A stretch of 63,756 bases of DNA, the filler included, from Parasitella parasitica NRRL 2501 (taxonomy: Eukaryota; Fungi; Mucoromycota), in NCBI GenBank assembly GCA_025201805.1. It is 15 parts of 15 records of this genome, joined end to end, with 100 filler letters (N's around TTAATTAATTAA, not from the genome) between each part and the next. Parts side by side here need not be neighbours in the genome. Positions count along the whole stretch, not along the records: positions 22,184 to 26,787 come from MU619271.1; positions 26,888 to 27,909 come from MU619684.1; positions 28,010 to 29,553 come from MU619491.1; positions 29,654 to 30,714 come from MU619414.1; positions 30,815 to 32,875 come from MU619395.1; positions 32,976 to 34,380 come from MU619301.1; positions 34,481 to 38,067 come from MU619410.1; 8 more parts are not named here. The stretch is one strand, 5' to 3'. Positions 22,184-34,795 of this stretch are shown piece after piece. The translations under genes and the position numbers were made by a program. How positions within the stretch are numbered: position 1 is the first letter of the stretch; every line of letters begins with the position of its first letter. Under the pieces are notes generated by a model. It worked only from the letters and a program-made list of their open reading frames with translations. It made no database searches and had not been told where the DNA came from.

Positions 22184-22570
22184 ATGACCCCATGGATGTT
22201 GCTCAAGAGAGCTCATCGTCTAAGGCAATTGCTTATGATAATAATCGTGGCAATGCCGGTTCTGCAACTGATGCTATTCAAGAGAATTCATCGAGCAGTA
22301 GTGATGTACCTGTACAGAGTGCAACTCTGGCAAATACAGTAAAGGATGGTACCTTTGTAAAAGAATTCCTCTCTCTTTCTGCTGATGATACTATAGTCAA
22401 TATCATGTTTTACAGAGTAATCATATGGTAACAGTTCCTATCTTGAAAATTTTGCTCATGGATCGACTGTCACATTTTGGTGAAGTTCTTGATTATGGAA
22501 TCTCATTCACTCAAGGTGATTATGTTGGACAAGGCTATGCAACACGGAATATCACGCCTAAATATTACTG
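22184..22570 (+). pseudogene. Degenerate non-LTR retrotransposon ORF1-like fragment
   Basis: RLSHFGEVLDYGI...GDYVGQGYA resembles the RRM-like ORF1 of fungal LINEs; frameshifted. Confidence 0.4.
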
Positions 22571-24310
22571 TGCCATTCTGGATGTTGTCGGTGAGCATAA
22601 ATGTTTTCAAATAGGAACATTATTAGTGTTGCAAGAGAATAGTATAGCTAAAAGCGCATAACTGAAAAAATAAGACTCAAATGTCGCGCATAGTCTATTC
22701 ATACCATTCGAATTCGCATAACATATAAAGAAATACAATTCAAATCGAATTACAAACACAATTTAAGACCTTATCAATGAATGTAGTCGTGTGAAGGAAA
22801 ACACTCCTGATCAAAGTACTTTCCCTTATACAATACACATTCAGAATAAGAATAAATAATGATAAAGATATTAATAACAGCAGCTCGTTATTCAATGAGT
22901 TTTGCCATATCATTCTAGATAAGGATATCTTTAACACAAAAACTAAAATATGACGATAGTCATCCTCACACGGCCGACTAATAATGTTATGCAAATCTCC
23001 ATCAATGATGAAAAAAGCCTCAAGCATAATTTGCTTCTCCTTAAAACCTAAAAATTAAACAACGACAAATTAACGCATTGACTCTCGGATCAATGCTTCA
23101 TTCATGAGAACTGATATAAAACATTTCAAATTCTATAAATACTAAGATGTTTTTCTCAGATGAAAACTCGCGAAACTTTTATAATAAAGAACCCCAAACT
23201 CGATTATAATTGTAATTTCATGTCGCTTTTATTCTTATATTTTTTTTTATTTCGTAAATCTTTCAAATTTACTGCAAAGGAGATGAATGTGCTCATGCGA
23301 AAACAAAAAAAAGACCTTAAATGACCACGTTTTTATGCTAACATGAGCATTTAAATTATTATTCCTATAGGCTTAAATTTACGCTCAAAAAGCTTGAGAA
23401 ATAGTGCCCATGAAGCGAAAATATGCCCGTATACTCAAAAAAAAAAGTGCTCGAAAAAGTAAAATAGGCATGGAGTAAATTTGAAAGCACTTAGATCAGG
23501 AGTCTTTTCCTTCACACGACATTCATTGATAAGGACTTAAATTGTATTTGTAATTCGATTTGATTTAACATATTATTAACAAGTTGGGATTACCCCGATT
23601 GGCCCATTTGGGCCGACTCTTTCATAATAAATTTCTCCACAGAAATTGAAAATAACATGTTAAAAACTCTTAATACTGAAATGGGTGTTCTTGTCAGCGA
23701 TCTAATTGATTTTGTTTGAAAAAAGTGAAAATTGAGCTATCCGTAATTGATTTTCCGGAGGCTGTTTTGCCCGATTTTAATCAGCCCAAATGGGCCGACT
23801 TTTCGATTATATGTAATTTGTATAATGTATAACAATTTATTAAAAAAATTTATATATATGAACTTAAGCTAATGTAGAATAATTCAAGAGCTGTTGGCGA
23901 GACCAAACTTCTTGTATATGTCTGTCATGACAAGGTTTGCACATGGGCTCATCTGGGTTACAAGTGCAAAATTTCTCAACTCTTACACCGCTTTTACAAC
24001 TTCTACAAACTAATCTTGTACGTTTGCGGCCGTTGCCATGGTTCATTGATAAATGCTGGTGATTTCCATCACTTCGCAATACCCTTCGATCATTGTAATC
24101 ACTTTCAGAGGAGGAACCCAAGTTCAAAGCCTCTCAATACTTCAAGAAAGCATAGGCCATGTTATCCTTGAATTGAGAATGATTAATTGTTCTTCCCTCA
24201 TAAGAAAACACGCGGAAAGAGCTATAAGCATTTGCCTCACAAATACTTAAGAAGAAACTAAAGAAGCGCGTTTCCCATCTTTCCGTCTTGATGATATCGT
24301 GGTATGAGAT

Positions 24311-24618
24311 TGATTTATCAGAATGAGAAATTATTCAAATAAAACGGTTGTAAATTAATCAGGTAAATCTCTCGTTTATTACATGGAAAAAATGATGGTT
24401 TATATACTAGTGAATCTAAATGGGCTGATGGGAGGATAAGATACAAGTGTGAGACATGGTGTGATTTAGAGAATGGAACGATAGGTTGTATCTATTGTCC
24501 ATGAACATGTCATGTTGAGTTATAAATAAGGAACATGATCCATTAGGATATGTTCCTGAATTGTGTTCAGGATTGAGTTTACTTGAGTTTGACTTCCGGT
24601 TGGGAAATTGACACATCA
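24311..24618. repeat. Solo LTR with TSD
   Basis: TGAT...ATCA, 308 bp, flanked by GAGAT on both sides; near-identical copy at 30836-31142 and a partial inverted copy at ~35103-35199. Confidence 0.92.
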
Positions 24619-24798
24619 GAGATCTTGTTGTCTCTCAAGCTGTTAGCAGCATCAACGGAACCTAATTTTGGGTTAATCAGTTATTATATTCATGCAAGAG
24701 TGTTTCAACTGTTCACTTACTTTTATGAGTTTCATACTCATGTACAACCTCTGGTCTTTGAATAGCTATTTTTCGGCCCCCAGACGCAACATAGCTTC

Positions 24799-25052
24799 TG
24801 ATTTATCAGAAAAGTTCAAATAGAAATTAATCAGGTAAAGATCCGTTTATTACATTCAAAAATAGAGGGTTTATATACTTTCTATGAACTGAGGGAAGCG
24901 ATGTGAAGATAAAGGTTTTAGTGATGAGATCCGGGAGATAGGTAGATTGTATCTAACCCAAATGTCATGTCATATTATTTTATGATCTGATGTTTTACTC
25001 TTCAGTATGAGTTAATATTATATTGACATCCGGTTTTAGAATTGATACATCA
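24799..25052. repeat. Solo LTR of a related subfamily, no matching TSD
   Basis: TGATTTATCAG...GATACATCA; flanks GCTTC and GCGTG differ. Confidence 0.8.
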
Positions 25053-27149
25053 GCGTGGTGGTACTGCAAGAGGAAATAAAGCGTTGACCTTCTTGTCGCG
25101 ATAGGCGCATGTCAACATCTTGCCACTATCAGCGCTTTTTTTCATTGTGTAGTGGCTTCCAGGCTCTTCCTCTACTTGATCAACGATGTCAGTATTGGGC
25201 ATTCCACGAGGCCAGTATCTACGCTTGAAAACTTGCATGATCGCGAACAGGCCAAGATCCGACAACATTGATATCATATCGGGAGACCCGAACCACGAGT
25301 CAGCGATCACTGTTCTACCACTTCCAAACCAAGACTTGGTAAGGCGTTTGACAATTGCAGTCAACTTCTGCATGCCAGGATCTTCATCATACTCCTTACT
25401 TCTTGGATCACTGACAGTATCCATACGCAGGATACAATAAGTATGATGATCTGCTAATGTCTTGAACTCCTGTCCGATGGGATGTGGCTTTCGGGGAACC
25501 TTCTTCAAGTTGGGCATCCCAATACCCAACCACTGGTTCATTGAATCATCAATGACCAAGTACTTTCCAGGAGTGACACAGTCAGCCATCTTGTCATTGA
25601 AGGCCTTGATGGGAGCACGGATCTGATATAAGGGATCATTGATTTGTTTTTCGACAGTAGGAATTTCAAAAACATGCATATGCATGATGTCCCCGAATCT
25701 TTTAAAAGATATGTATTGGCAAAAGTCCACGTTCATGGTGAAATTGATGTATACGCACTGCTACATCTGCACTATATCAATTCCTACAAGTACTACGCTT
25801 GCTGATTTACTGCAAATATATTATATGATTGTATCAGATACGAATCAGTATAATATCTCAACGGTCACTGGATATCGCAATATCTCGGCTGCCATGACAT
25901 CAACAAGATATGCGGACTTGCTCTCAAATGTCAAGATGCGAACAAACTATTTGATATGTTACATCAGCTCATATTCTTGGATCAATCNNNNNNNNNNNNN
26001 NNNNNNNNNNNNNNNNNNNNNNNNNNNNNNNNNNNNNNNNNNNNNNNNNNNNNNNNNNNNNNNNNNNNNNNNNNNNNNNNNNNNNNNNNNNNNNNNNNNN
26101 NNNNNNNNNNNNNNNNNNNNNNNNNNNNNNNNNNNNNNNNNNNNNNNNNNNNNNNNNNNNNNNNNNNNNNNNNNNNNNNNNNNNNNNNNNNNNNNNNNNN
26201 NNNNNNNNNNNNNNNNNNNNNNNNNNNNNNNNNNNNNNNNNNNNNNNNNNNNNNNNNGTATTTATATCATAATAAACGATATACTTCTTTTATTGTTCGG
26301 ATACAGTTGAAAGCTGTGAATTATTACAAGTCTCTTTTTATTGTATTGAAATATCTGAAATATACATCAGAAATGACTATGCCCCAACTTCCAGTATGCG
26401 TTGAGGTTTGAGTGGGCAAGCACTGTCATTACGGTAAAGAGTGCCAGCTGTTGTGCCAGTGTCAAAGGGCGCAGCGTAATGTGATGTAAATATGATTTGT
26501 ATAAAGTAATAAAGACTTTTCTGAATAAAACCAGATACAAAACTGAAGACTTTTATTGACATAAGATATGATCTCTATTTATACTAAAATATATCCCAAT
26601 CAATGTTTATCCACATAACATCTGATGTTTGACAAGAAATGTCAAACCTTATGAAATCACTGCATTTCCAGGACAGACCTATCTTTCTAATTTACATTAA
26701 AGAGAAGATTGGGTAGGATGTCTTCCCGACATCCCACGACACCATGGCTAACTTCAGTGCTATTTTTTTTCACATTTATCATCAGTTNNNNNNNNNNNNN
26801 NNNNNNNNNNNNNNNNNNNNNNNNNNNNNNNTTAATTAATTAANNNNNNNNNNNNNNNNNNNNNNNNNNNNNNNNNNNNNNNNNNNNCGTAGATTTGTGA
26901 TTGCTATTCAACCGGCTATCCCCTTTGGTTCACCCTCTTTCAGCGCGAAGCTTTTACAATACATGATACTCTTTTTTTATTTATTTTTTATTTTTTAAAC
27001 GAGTTTTATTTGTTGCACAAATGCTCGAGGAAGAGAATTCAAGCAAAGCAGTGCTCAACAAGGATTTACAAGATGAATAAAAAAAATAAAAGAAAAACCA
27101 TAGCCAGAAGCTAGAAAAAACAAACAAACAAAACAGAAGAAAGATCATA

Positions 27150-27908
27150 AAAAAAAAAAGAAAAATTGCCATCCACTACTCAAGCTCTGAGAGGTGATCC
27201 TCAGCAAAGCGTTTTGGAAGGGCAGTGGAGATGCAAGCAACAACATTTGCAGGGTGAAACCGTTGGCGTTGAATGACGAAGCGCCAGTGGGCCTTCGACA
27301 ACTCGGAGATGGCAATAATGACGGAGATAATAGCAGGCTCCTAAGGACAAGACAGCCCAGCTATGATCTTTCCAAAATTGAGGGTTGTGAGGGTGGATTG
27401 GATCTCGGAGACAGCAGTTCCAGGCCAAAGAAATTCTTGAATCAAACTTGGACGGGCACTCACAAAAAACAGATGTTTAACGGTCTCATCGCAGCTCGAG
27501 CAGAAGAGGCAGGCAGGTTGATAGACCATGGGATCATACAGCCACAGTCGGGCTCGCGTAATCGCCTCGCCATGCAGCCACAGCGATATATCACATTGCG
27601 CTGGACAAGCGTTAGAGACAGTGTCCAAAAACGAGACCAAGCAGCGGCAAGATGGGGCCAACGAGAAACTAACAATGCGACTGGAAACATCCACTAGCAA
27701 CTGACGAAAGTGTTTTGTTTGGTGCTTAGGCTCGTCGATTTGCCAAAGAGAGAACGACACTTCCAAACTCGACATAAAAGCGGAAAAGTGTAGCGTGGAC
27801 TGAATGATGGTACAATCGGCAGCGTCATGGAGATCAAGAGCAGAACGTCGATGGAGGCAGCGCACAAAGAAGGGCTCGAATTTTCTTGCCAAATCGGGCA
27901 GCAATGTA
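27150..27908 (-). pseudogene. L1-like LINE ORF2 C-terminal fragment (zf-RVT region)
   Basis: CLFCSSCDETVKHLFF CCHC-like motif, then EFLWP and a downstream Trp-rich region; frameshifted. Confidence 0.7.
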
Positions 27909-28009
27909 CNNNNNNNNNNNNNNNNNNNNNNNNNNNNNNNNNNNNNNNNNNNNTTAATTAATTAANNNNNNNNNNNNNNNNNNNNNNNNNNNNNNNNNNN
28001 NNNNNNNNN

Positions 28010-28443
28010 CCCAAACAATTATACATCTTGATCTAAAAATATATATCACCTCGTTCTTCCCTAATCAATCCACATTGCATTCTTGCCTCTCTGATTCACA
28101 CTGTCATTCTTGCCTTACTCATCCACATTATACTATTGACTTATTGATCCACGATATCCTATTTACCTAATTGATTCACGTTATAGTAAATAGTCTAGTT
28201 CACATTTCAGTGAACTAGACAGCTCGCAAAAAGTATAAATAGAGGCCATTTTGACCAGCAAAGAAGAGTTTTCTTCGTCAGATCTCCTCATAGAATTCCC
28301 TTATTAAATATCCCTAGCAATCTTCTTATCTTTCTCCACCTTTCCCTTATTAAATCATAGCCTCCTTATTTGAAATTAACTTCTGCCTATCTTCTCTTAG
28401 TACTCTGTCCCTGATTATCTAATAAGGCCGTAGATCCCTGATA
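28010..28443. repeat. LTR-like repeat truncating the Helitron; inverted partial copy at 36674-36790
   Basis: ctgtccctgattatctaataaggccgtagatccctgata matches tatcagggatctacggccttattagataatcagggacag. Confidence 0.65.
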
Positions 28444-29553
28444 ATTCGGCTGATAAAAGTGTCTTCGGTTTGACTTCGCGTATCCACAGTGGGTAAAGAA
28501 AAGCCTGAGAAGTTGTTCAAACTTGAGCCATGTTGGGTGACTAAAATGTCTTCTATATCCAGCATGCTATTATTGTATGCTTTTTCTTCAATTTCTGCAG
28601 TAGGCCTGTTCACTCCAGCAGTAAACACTGCGTTATTTTCTAAAAGCTGGTAAATATGGTCTTCAGACAAATGATATTTGAACTTGGCCCATAACTGATA
28701 AGGGTTGCCAGGCTCACAGAATACCAGTATAATGCAAAATAGTTTGCGCAGAGATGCAGGCGATTGAAAATGCGCTGCTTCTTGTAGGCACTGATCCCAT
28801 TGTTCATCAGACGTTAAAAGTCCAAGGGTTCTAGCAGCTTCTTGAAACGTTTCGTACTGTATACCGTTTACTGTTTTCAAATTGCTAAAAGACGTTGCTC
28901 CAGGGACATGATATAACAGCATCCTTAAATGATACTTTTCGGAATTGCTTTGGCGAAACAGCATATATTCTTCCAATCGTGCCTCCGAACCCACGTCTTC
29001 TGGGCGCTCACTCCTTTGGCCTCTTTTCTTCATGCCACACGTATTGCTCCGGAAAGATTGGGTATAGTATACCTCTGGCGTTTACATCGGTTTGGTTGAT
29101 CTTGAACCAAGGGGTAAGAGTTGTCTCTTGAAGCATTGATCTTTGTATGACATTGCTAATGTCATCGTCTTCATTAAAATAAACAGGATTTTTACCCTCC
29201 AATGAATAGCCAGTCGTTGATGAGCAAGAAAATCCCTGTGCATACTAAATGAAAATAGTCTCCAACACGCTTCTGGTGCAGAAACATATCTAGCATCGAT
29301 AAAAGCTTTGATTTCATCTTGTTGTTCGACTGACATGGAAGCTCGATCATGCCCTTTGTAAACATACTTATAAACGTATTTGATGCTATTAATTGATGAA
29401 CATAGCTCCACATTAATATGAGCATTGTATTTGGTGCAGAGGTAAAGGTTATTATGGGGTACCACCCATCTGTTATCTATGTTAATGGTCTGTCTGTTCA
29501 CAACTTTTGTTATAAATCTGCCGTTGTTTCGTCTTCTATAAATTGGATAACCA
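28444..29553 (-). pseudogene. Helitron Rep/helicase fragment, frameshifted
   Basis: WVVPHN...KYNAHINVE.C.SI.SIKY.YKYVYKGHD; RYVSAPEACWR; LRMLL.HVPGATSF..LKTVNG...TFQEAA..LGLL.SDEQWD.CL.EA. Confidence 0.92.
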
Positions 29554-29738
29554 NNNNNNNNNNNNNNNNNNNNNNNNNNNNNNNNNNNNNNNNNNNNTTA
29601 ATTAATTAANNNNNNNNNNNNNNNNNNNNNNNNNNNNNNNNNNNNNNNNNNNNGGTGGTCCGGCATTCAATTGTTTTTATATTTTTTAAACGATATGATT
29701 GGCCTGTCTATTTTTTAAAAACATAGTTTTACAGTATA

Positions 29739-29951
29739 TTATATGATAATGTTCTTATACCGCGAATAAGCGTAGTCCCTTCTGAACAAATCGAATTTCT
29801 CACAAAAAGCAGGAAAAGTGAGGGTGGCCTTATTTTCGATGCAATAGGTGATGTGTTGAGGATTGTTGACTTTCTGGTTCATTCCTACAGCCATTTGCTT
29901 TTTGTGGGCAGATTCGCTATCACTTTTGTTGGCCGGTCGCTTTTGTGACAT
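29739..29951 (-). CDS. First exon of an unknown gene (MSQKRPANK...), truncated by the contig end
   Basis: Plausible ATG-initiated frame ending near a GT donor; no recognisable domain. Confidence 0.35.
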   Translation of the reverse strand: MSQKRPANKSDSESAHKKQMAVGMNQKVNNPQHITYCIENKATLTFPAFCEKFDLFRRDYAYSRYKNIII

Positions 29952-30130
29952 CAAGAACTTCGTCAAATTCAAATAAATGGTAAGAAAACAAGGTAACAAA
30001 GCAGGAAGTTGGAACACTGAAAAAAAACTGAAAAATTGGAATGATGACGCAATCAGCTGAGAAATGTATCTTAAAAAGCAATAATGGGAAATTTTTTTCA
30101 TTTTGTTTTCACAGTTGAGCAACAAAAGAG

Positions 30131-30402
30131 ATGTTTGTGTTCAGTAAGCTGGTTTATGAATCATCTGAACGACCATTCTACTGTTCCTTTGTCTTAAACG
30201 GTAGCATTGGGACGTTGTTTTGTCCCTTTGGACTATAATATAAGCATTGGAATGGGTTCACTTTTGTTTTGGAATGTTTGTGCTTAGTAGGGTGGTTTAC
30301 GAACCATCTGAACGGCCATTCTACTGCCCCTTTGTCTTAAGTAATAGCAGAGACGTTGTTTTGTCTCCTTGGCCTATTATATAAGCATTGGAATAGGTTT
30401 CC
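30131..30402 (+). repeat. Two-copy tandem repeat, period ~143 bp, with conserved hairpins
   Basis: Units start at 30131 and 30274; internal GGGAC/GTCCC versus GAGAC/GTCTC stems. Confidence 0.85.
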
Positions 30403-30599
30403 GATTGCCTCGTGTAAAAAAACCTTCACATCTAGACGGACAAACAAGCAATATCATCCTGTGTAGATGATTACCAGACCCTTGCGAGGAAGTCGAAAAC
30501 ATCATGAGCTGCGTATATATTTCGTACTAACCTTTTCACTTTTTATGATCTAGTAATTTGATTGTTGTAGGTGTTCAGCCATTCAATAAACGACATCGC

Positions 30600-30714
30600 T
30601 GGCTACGTAGTACTACTTTGACCAATATCGAATCGGATGCCAGTGGTGATAAAAGACCAGATGCAACCCTGACAAAACTCACCCAACTCTCGTATGGGCC
30701 AAGCCTGGGCTTTG
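30600..30714 (+). pseudogene. Fragment of a PD-(D/E)xK-like nuclease domain
   Basis: KRPDATLTKL...YGPSLGF runs into the gap where a GE.K motif would be expected. Confidence 0.35.
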
Positions 30715-30835
30715 NNNNNNNNNNNNNNNNNNNNNNNNNNNNNNNNNNNNNNNNNNNNTTAATTAATTAANNNNNNNNNNNNNNNNNNNNNNNNNNNNNN
30801 NNNNNNNNNNNNNNAGGTAGATACAGATTAAAAAA

Positions 30836-31142
30836 TGATTTATCAGAATGAGAAATTATTCAAATAAAACGGTTGTGAATTAATCAGGTAAAGATCTCGT
30901 TTATTACATGGAAAAATGATGGTTTATATACTAGTGAATCTAAGTGGACTGATGGGAGGATAAGATACAAGTGTGAGACATGGTGTGATTTAGAGAATGG
31001 AACGATAGATTGTATCTATTATCCATGAACATGTCATGTTGAGTTATAAATAAGGAACATGATCCATTGGGATATGTTCCTGAATTGTGTTCAGGATTGA
31101 GTTTACTTGAGTTTGACTTCCGGTTGGGAAATTGACACATCA
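30836..31142. repeat. LTR copy of the 24311-24618 family
   Basis: Near-identical sequence, TG...CA, no TSD. Confidence 0.88.
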
Positions 31143-32542
31143 CTCAGTTCGTTGACCGAAGGGAGGAAAAACAACAAAGTAGTATATCGGTAATCACAAG
31201 AACGCTTTTTAAAGGTCGGGTAAACTACATACCAAACGCTTTTCTCCCCTATTGATAGTGATCGAGTTGATCCTGAGTTTGAGTTTAACAAAGCAGCAAC
31301 CATAATGTTGTAATTATATATAAGCTCTTTTAAGAGAACATCCGTTTTCCCTTATAATTTGGAATAGATTCTTTTTACTGTATATATATCACGGAAGATC
31401 ACCTCACCGTTTTCCCAATATAAAATGCACAGCAATATAAATGTTGTGCAAATGTGTTATTTTAACGTGATTATGAAGACTTTCTGGATAAATGCTCCAA
31501 ATACACAACTGGAGGCTTTTATAGACGTAAGACTTGATCAACAATCATTATCCACATAACTTGCTACAAAATCAGCAAGATCTTGTTTTGGTAGTATCTC
31601 GACAACTAAAATAGATATTGGAATTAGGAAAGTGTGGTGTAGAGATACAGCTGTTGTACTAGTATGAGGATGTATACTTTCCTTGGGACCCAAATTCTTA
31701 CCTCAAAAAAAACCTTGAAGGTTTACCCAAAGTTGAAAATTGAATAAGAGGTTTGGGGTCCAAACATCCCAAAATCCGAATCATGGTCAGAGATATTTGA
31801 GAATTGGATATGTTGTAGAAGAATAGTTAAAACGGGAGATATTTTGGCTGAAATTTATGTTTTCATCGCTTAAAAGTTTGTAAAGATATCAGTAATTGCA
31901 AATTATGTCTTTTAAGCAGAAAAAGAAGTAATACTTCAGATTTGATGGTATTTATTTCATCCAAAAATAAAGGTATACAGAAATTGTTTTAGCCCGTATT
32001 ATGCAGTATCTCAGTTATCGATTCATATGGAGACATACGCAAGGTGCCTATTAGAATCATGCTTTGCTCTTCAATTGAGAATAGGTGTTGGAATCATTTA
32101 CAGCGAAAAAAAAGGCTGCAGATTGAATCTCAGCACTGTGTTTCCATTTGACCCAAACCAAATTTCGAGCTTTTTGCACATGGTTCATTGCTAGATATCT
32201 CATAAACAACGCAATAGGTATATCGGATGTGCTTACTAAGTGTTTTATGACAAAAAATAAATTCTGCATCCAACCATATAGATTGCAAGAGAATAGAAAC
32301 ACCTTTTTTTATTACCACTTTTCAAATATTCAAAAAACGCCTTTTTTGATAGTTTTTGAATAAAATCAAGCATATTTTGAGCACATTCAGCTCTATGAAG
32401 TTGATCAACCAAACCACCATGTCAATGCCTACACATCGATATATTGTCCACAACTGTAGCTTCAATGTATCTGCCAAAAATCAAAATCTTGTCTCGACCA
32501 AAATGCATTTACAATTTTCCGGTCCTATACTCAGAGGGCCAA

Positions 32543-32794
32543 AATTGCTATTTAGACCTGAAGAACAAAATAGGAAATGTTATTATGCTAGAATCTTCTT
32601 GAAGCTTTATTTCATAGCGAATTCAAAGATATATAAAGGAAAGAAATCTAATCAATATACTATTAATCGAATTTTGAGCTCGGTCAAAAATAAAGTTAAG
32701 AAGGGAGGGAAAGACTATCAATATAATATAAGAGAAAAGAAGGGTGGGTCATAATAACATTTCCTATTTTGTTCTTCAGGTCTAAATAGCAATT
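32543..32794. repeat. MITE-like fold-back with perfect 45-bp inverted repeats
   Basis: 32543-32587 is the reverse complement of 32750-32794; a third partial copy lies at ~32838-32866. Confidence 0.75.
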
Positions 32795-32975
32795 CTAGGT
32801 CGAAAGAAATTTCTCGAAAGAATTTCTTGAGACCGTCAGAACAAAATAGGAAATGTTATTATGCTAATCCAGAGTNNNNNNNNNNNNNNNNNNNNNNNNN
32901 NNNNNNNNNNNNNNNNNNNTTAATTAATTAANNNNNNNNNNNNNNNNNNNNNNNNNNNNNNNNNNNNNNNNNNNN

Positions 32976-33293
32976 ACCATCACCAAGATCCACACGAACT
33001 TCCACCGGTGAAGGCTTCCATTTTTGTGGGATACTGACAGGCGAGAGGGTAACACCAGAAAGACCAGGACAAGCAAGCAGAGAACGAAGAAGTGGCTCAA
33101 ACGCCAAATTGAACAGCAATGGAGACAAGGGATCACCTTGACGAAGACCTCGCAATTGAGGCACAGGAGCACCAAGCCAACCATTGATAGACACCGAAAT
33201 CCTTGTTCCAAAGAACAAAGACAACAAGCAAGACACCAAACCAGCAGGAAAACCAAAATGCAGCAAAACACGACGAAGGTACTCGGGATGCAC
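32976..33293 (-). pseudogene. L1-like LINE reverse transcriptase fragment
   Basis: SINGWLG...RGLRQGDPLSPLLFNLAFEPLL. Confidence 0.9.
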
Positions 33294-34316
33294 CCAGAAA
33301 ACGATCTACAAAAGCATACAGAGATTGTCAAAGAGGTCATTGCACGTTTAACAAAAGCCAACTTACGTATAAATACGGATAAAATGCATATTGCCCTAAA
33401 AAAGCATATACATTTTAGGGTTTTGCCTATCTAGTGAAGGATTAGCTTTGGATCCACGCAAGGTTTCAAATGTATTAGATTGGGAACCTACTGTCAAGAG
33501 TAGCCGTGAATTGAGTTCACGTCTCGGGTTGATAAATTTCTTCAGATCCAATTTACCTCGCTTGTCAGTATTGACAGCACCACTAGATAAGCTGCGTAAT
33601 GCACATGACATTACCAAAGTATGGAAACCAGAGCACACTGCTTTAATGAAACAGTTGCAGGAATTATTAGTAAGCTCAGCTGTATTGAGTGTACCTGACT
33701 TACGTTATCCGATCTGTGTTGTTACAGATAGCTCTGCTTATGCAATCGGCGCTGCGATGTATCAAGTTATTGGTAAAAAGGTCAAATACAGTATCTTGGC
33801 TTCATTGCGCGCAGTTTAAGCCCATCAGAGCAACGATGGGGCAGTTCCAAACGCGAACTTGCTGCTGTAGTCTATGCATTTAAAAAGTTCCATCAATGGT
33901 TGTATGGACGCCACTTTCATTTATTTGTCGATAATCGTGGTATTTTGTTCTTGCATTCACAACCTAAATTAGATAGAATGGTTGAAAATTACTATGATAC
34001 TATTTTCGAAATGGATTTCGATATTGCCTTTTGCAGTGGTATTAACAATACCTTGGCTGATACGTTGTCGCGTCTTTTCTGGCCATACAATACGCTGGTG
34101 GAGAGTGGTGACAAGCGTTTGAAATTGGTCAAACAGGATATTGTTGAGCAAAAGAACAGTAGTAAAAGAAAGAGCAAAGAACAAGTAGACAAAGATGTGG
34201 TTACAAAGAAGAAGAAGGGGTTAAAAGGGAAAGAAAAGCTTGTTGAGAAAGATATCACTATGGCCTCCTGGATGTTCTCGGTGAACATAAATGTACTCAA
34301 ATGGGAACATTATTAG
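33294..34316 (+). pseudogene. Ty3/Gypsy pol fragment (RT C-terminus and RNase H), frameshifted
   Basis: DPRKV..V.DW...LGLINFFR...VVTDSSAYAIGA...SSSKRELAAVVYAF...LYGRHFHLFVDN...NTLADTLSR. Confidence 0.88.
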
Positions 34317-34480
34317 GGTCATGGGAGTATTCATGTGCTTGTGAGAACTTAAATAATTTTGCCACAGAATGTGCGTTTATNNNNNNNNNNNNNNNNNNNN
34401 NNNNNNNNNNNNNNNNNNNNNNNNTTAATTAATTAANNNNNNNNNNNNNNNNNNNNNNNNNNNNNNNNNNNNNNNNNNNN

Positions 34481-34795
34481 CCTAATGTATACGCGAGAAC
34501 AATTTATGAGAGATAAATACGATACCAATATAGTGATTCTATTTTCTATGTTGTGCACAAATGGGCATAATGGTGTACACATGAGCATTTCACATAGTAT
34601 TAAGCATACGGGCAGATTATATGAAGAGCACATATGAGCTTAACAATAAGCACATGTGCTGTTTTGTCTATTATGCACATTGTGCATATTGATGTATTAT
34701 TAACCATATTCACTGTGCATAATAGCTTAGGCTTTAGTGGTATGCCCACTTGGGCATAATAAGGTAATAATGTGCATACTACTTCGGCCGTAGTG
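34481..34795 (+). mobile_element. End of a second CACTA family
   Basis: Ends in cttcggccgtagtg (reverse complement CACTACGGCCG), preceded by dense gcaca/tgtgc/gggcat subterminal repeats. Confidence 0.7.

Larger units (their letters stand above)
23576..25740 (-). mobile_element. piggyBac-like DNA transposon, disrupted, with one terminus
   Basis: TTAA at 23576 followed by CAAGTTGGGATTACCCC and subterminal GGCCCATTTGGGCC / GCCCAAATGGGC. Transposase pieces: VIDDSM...KKVPRKPHPIG...VIADSWFGS (25736-25053), RPEVVHEYETHK/SVDAANSLRD (24798-24624), and the C-terminal Cys-rich CRSC...CTC...CKPCHDRH (24310-23864). Confidence 0.85.

Noticed and set aside
24416-24616. Duplicated ORF MCQFPNRK... (also 30940-31143)
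   Set aside because: Lies entirely within copies of a solo LTR.
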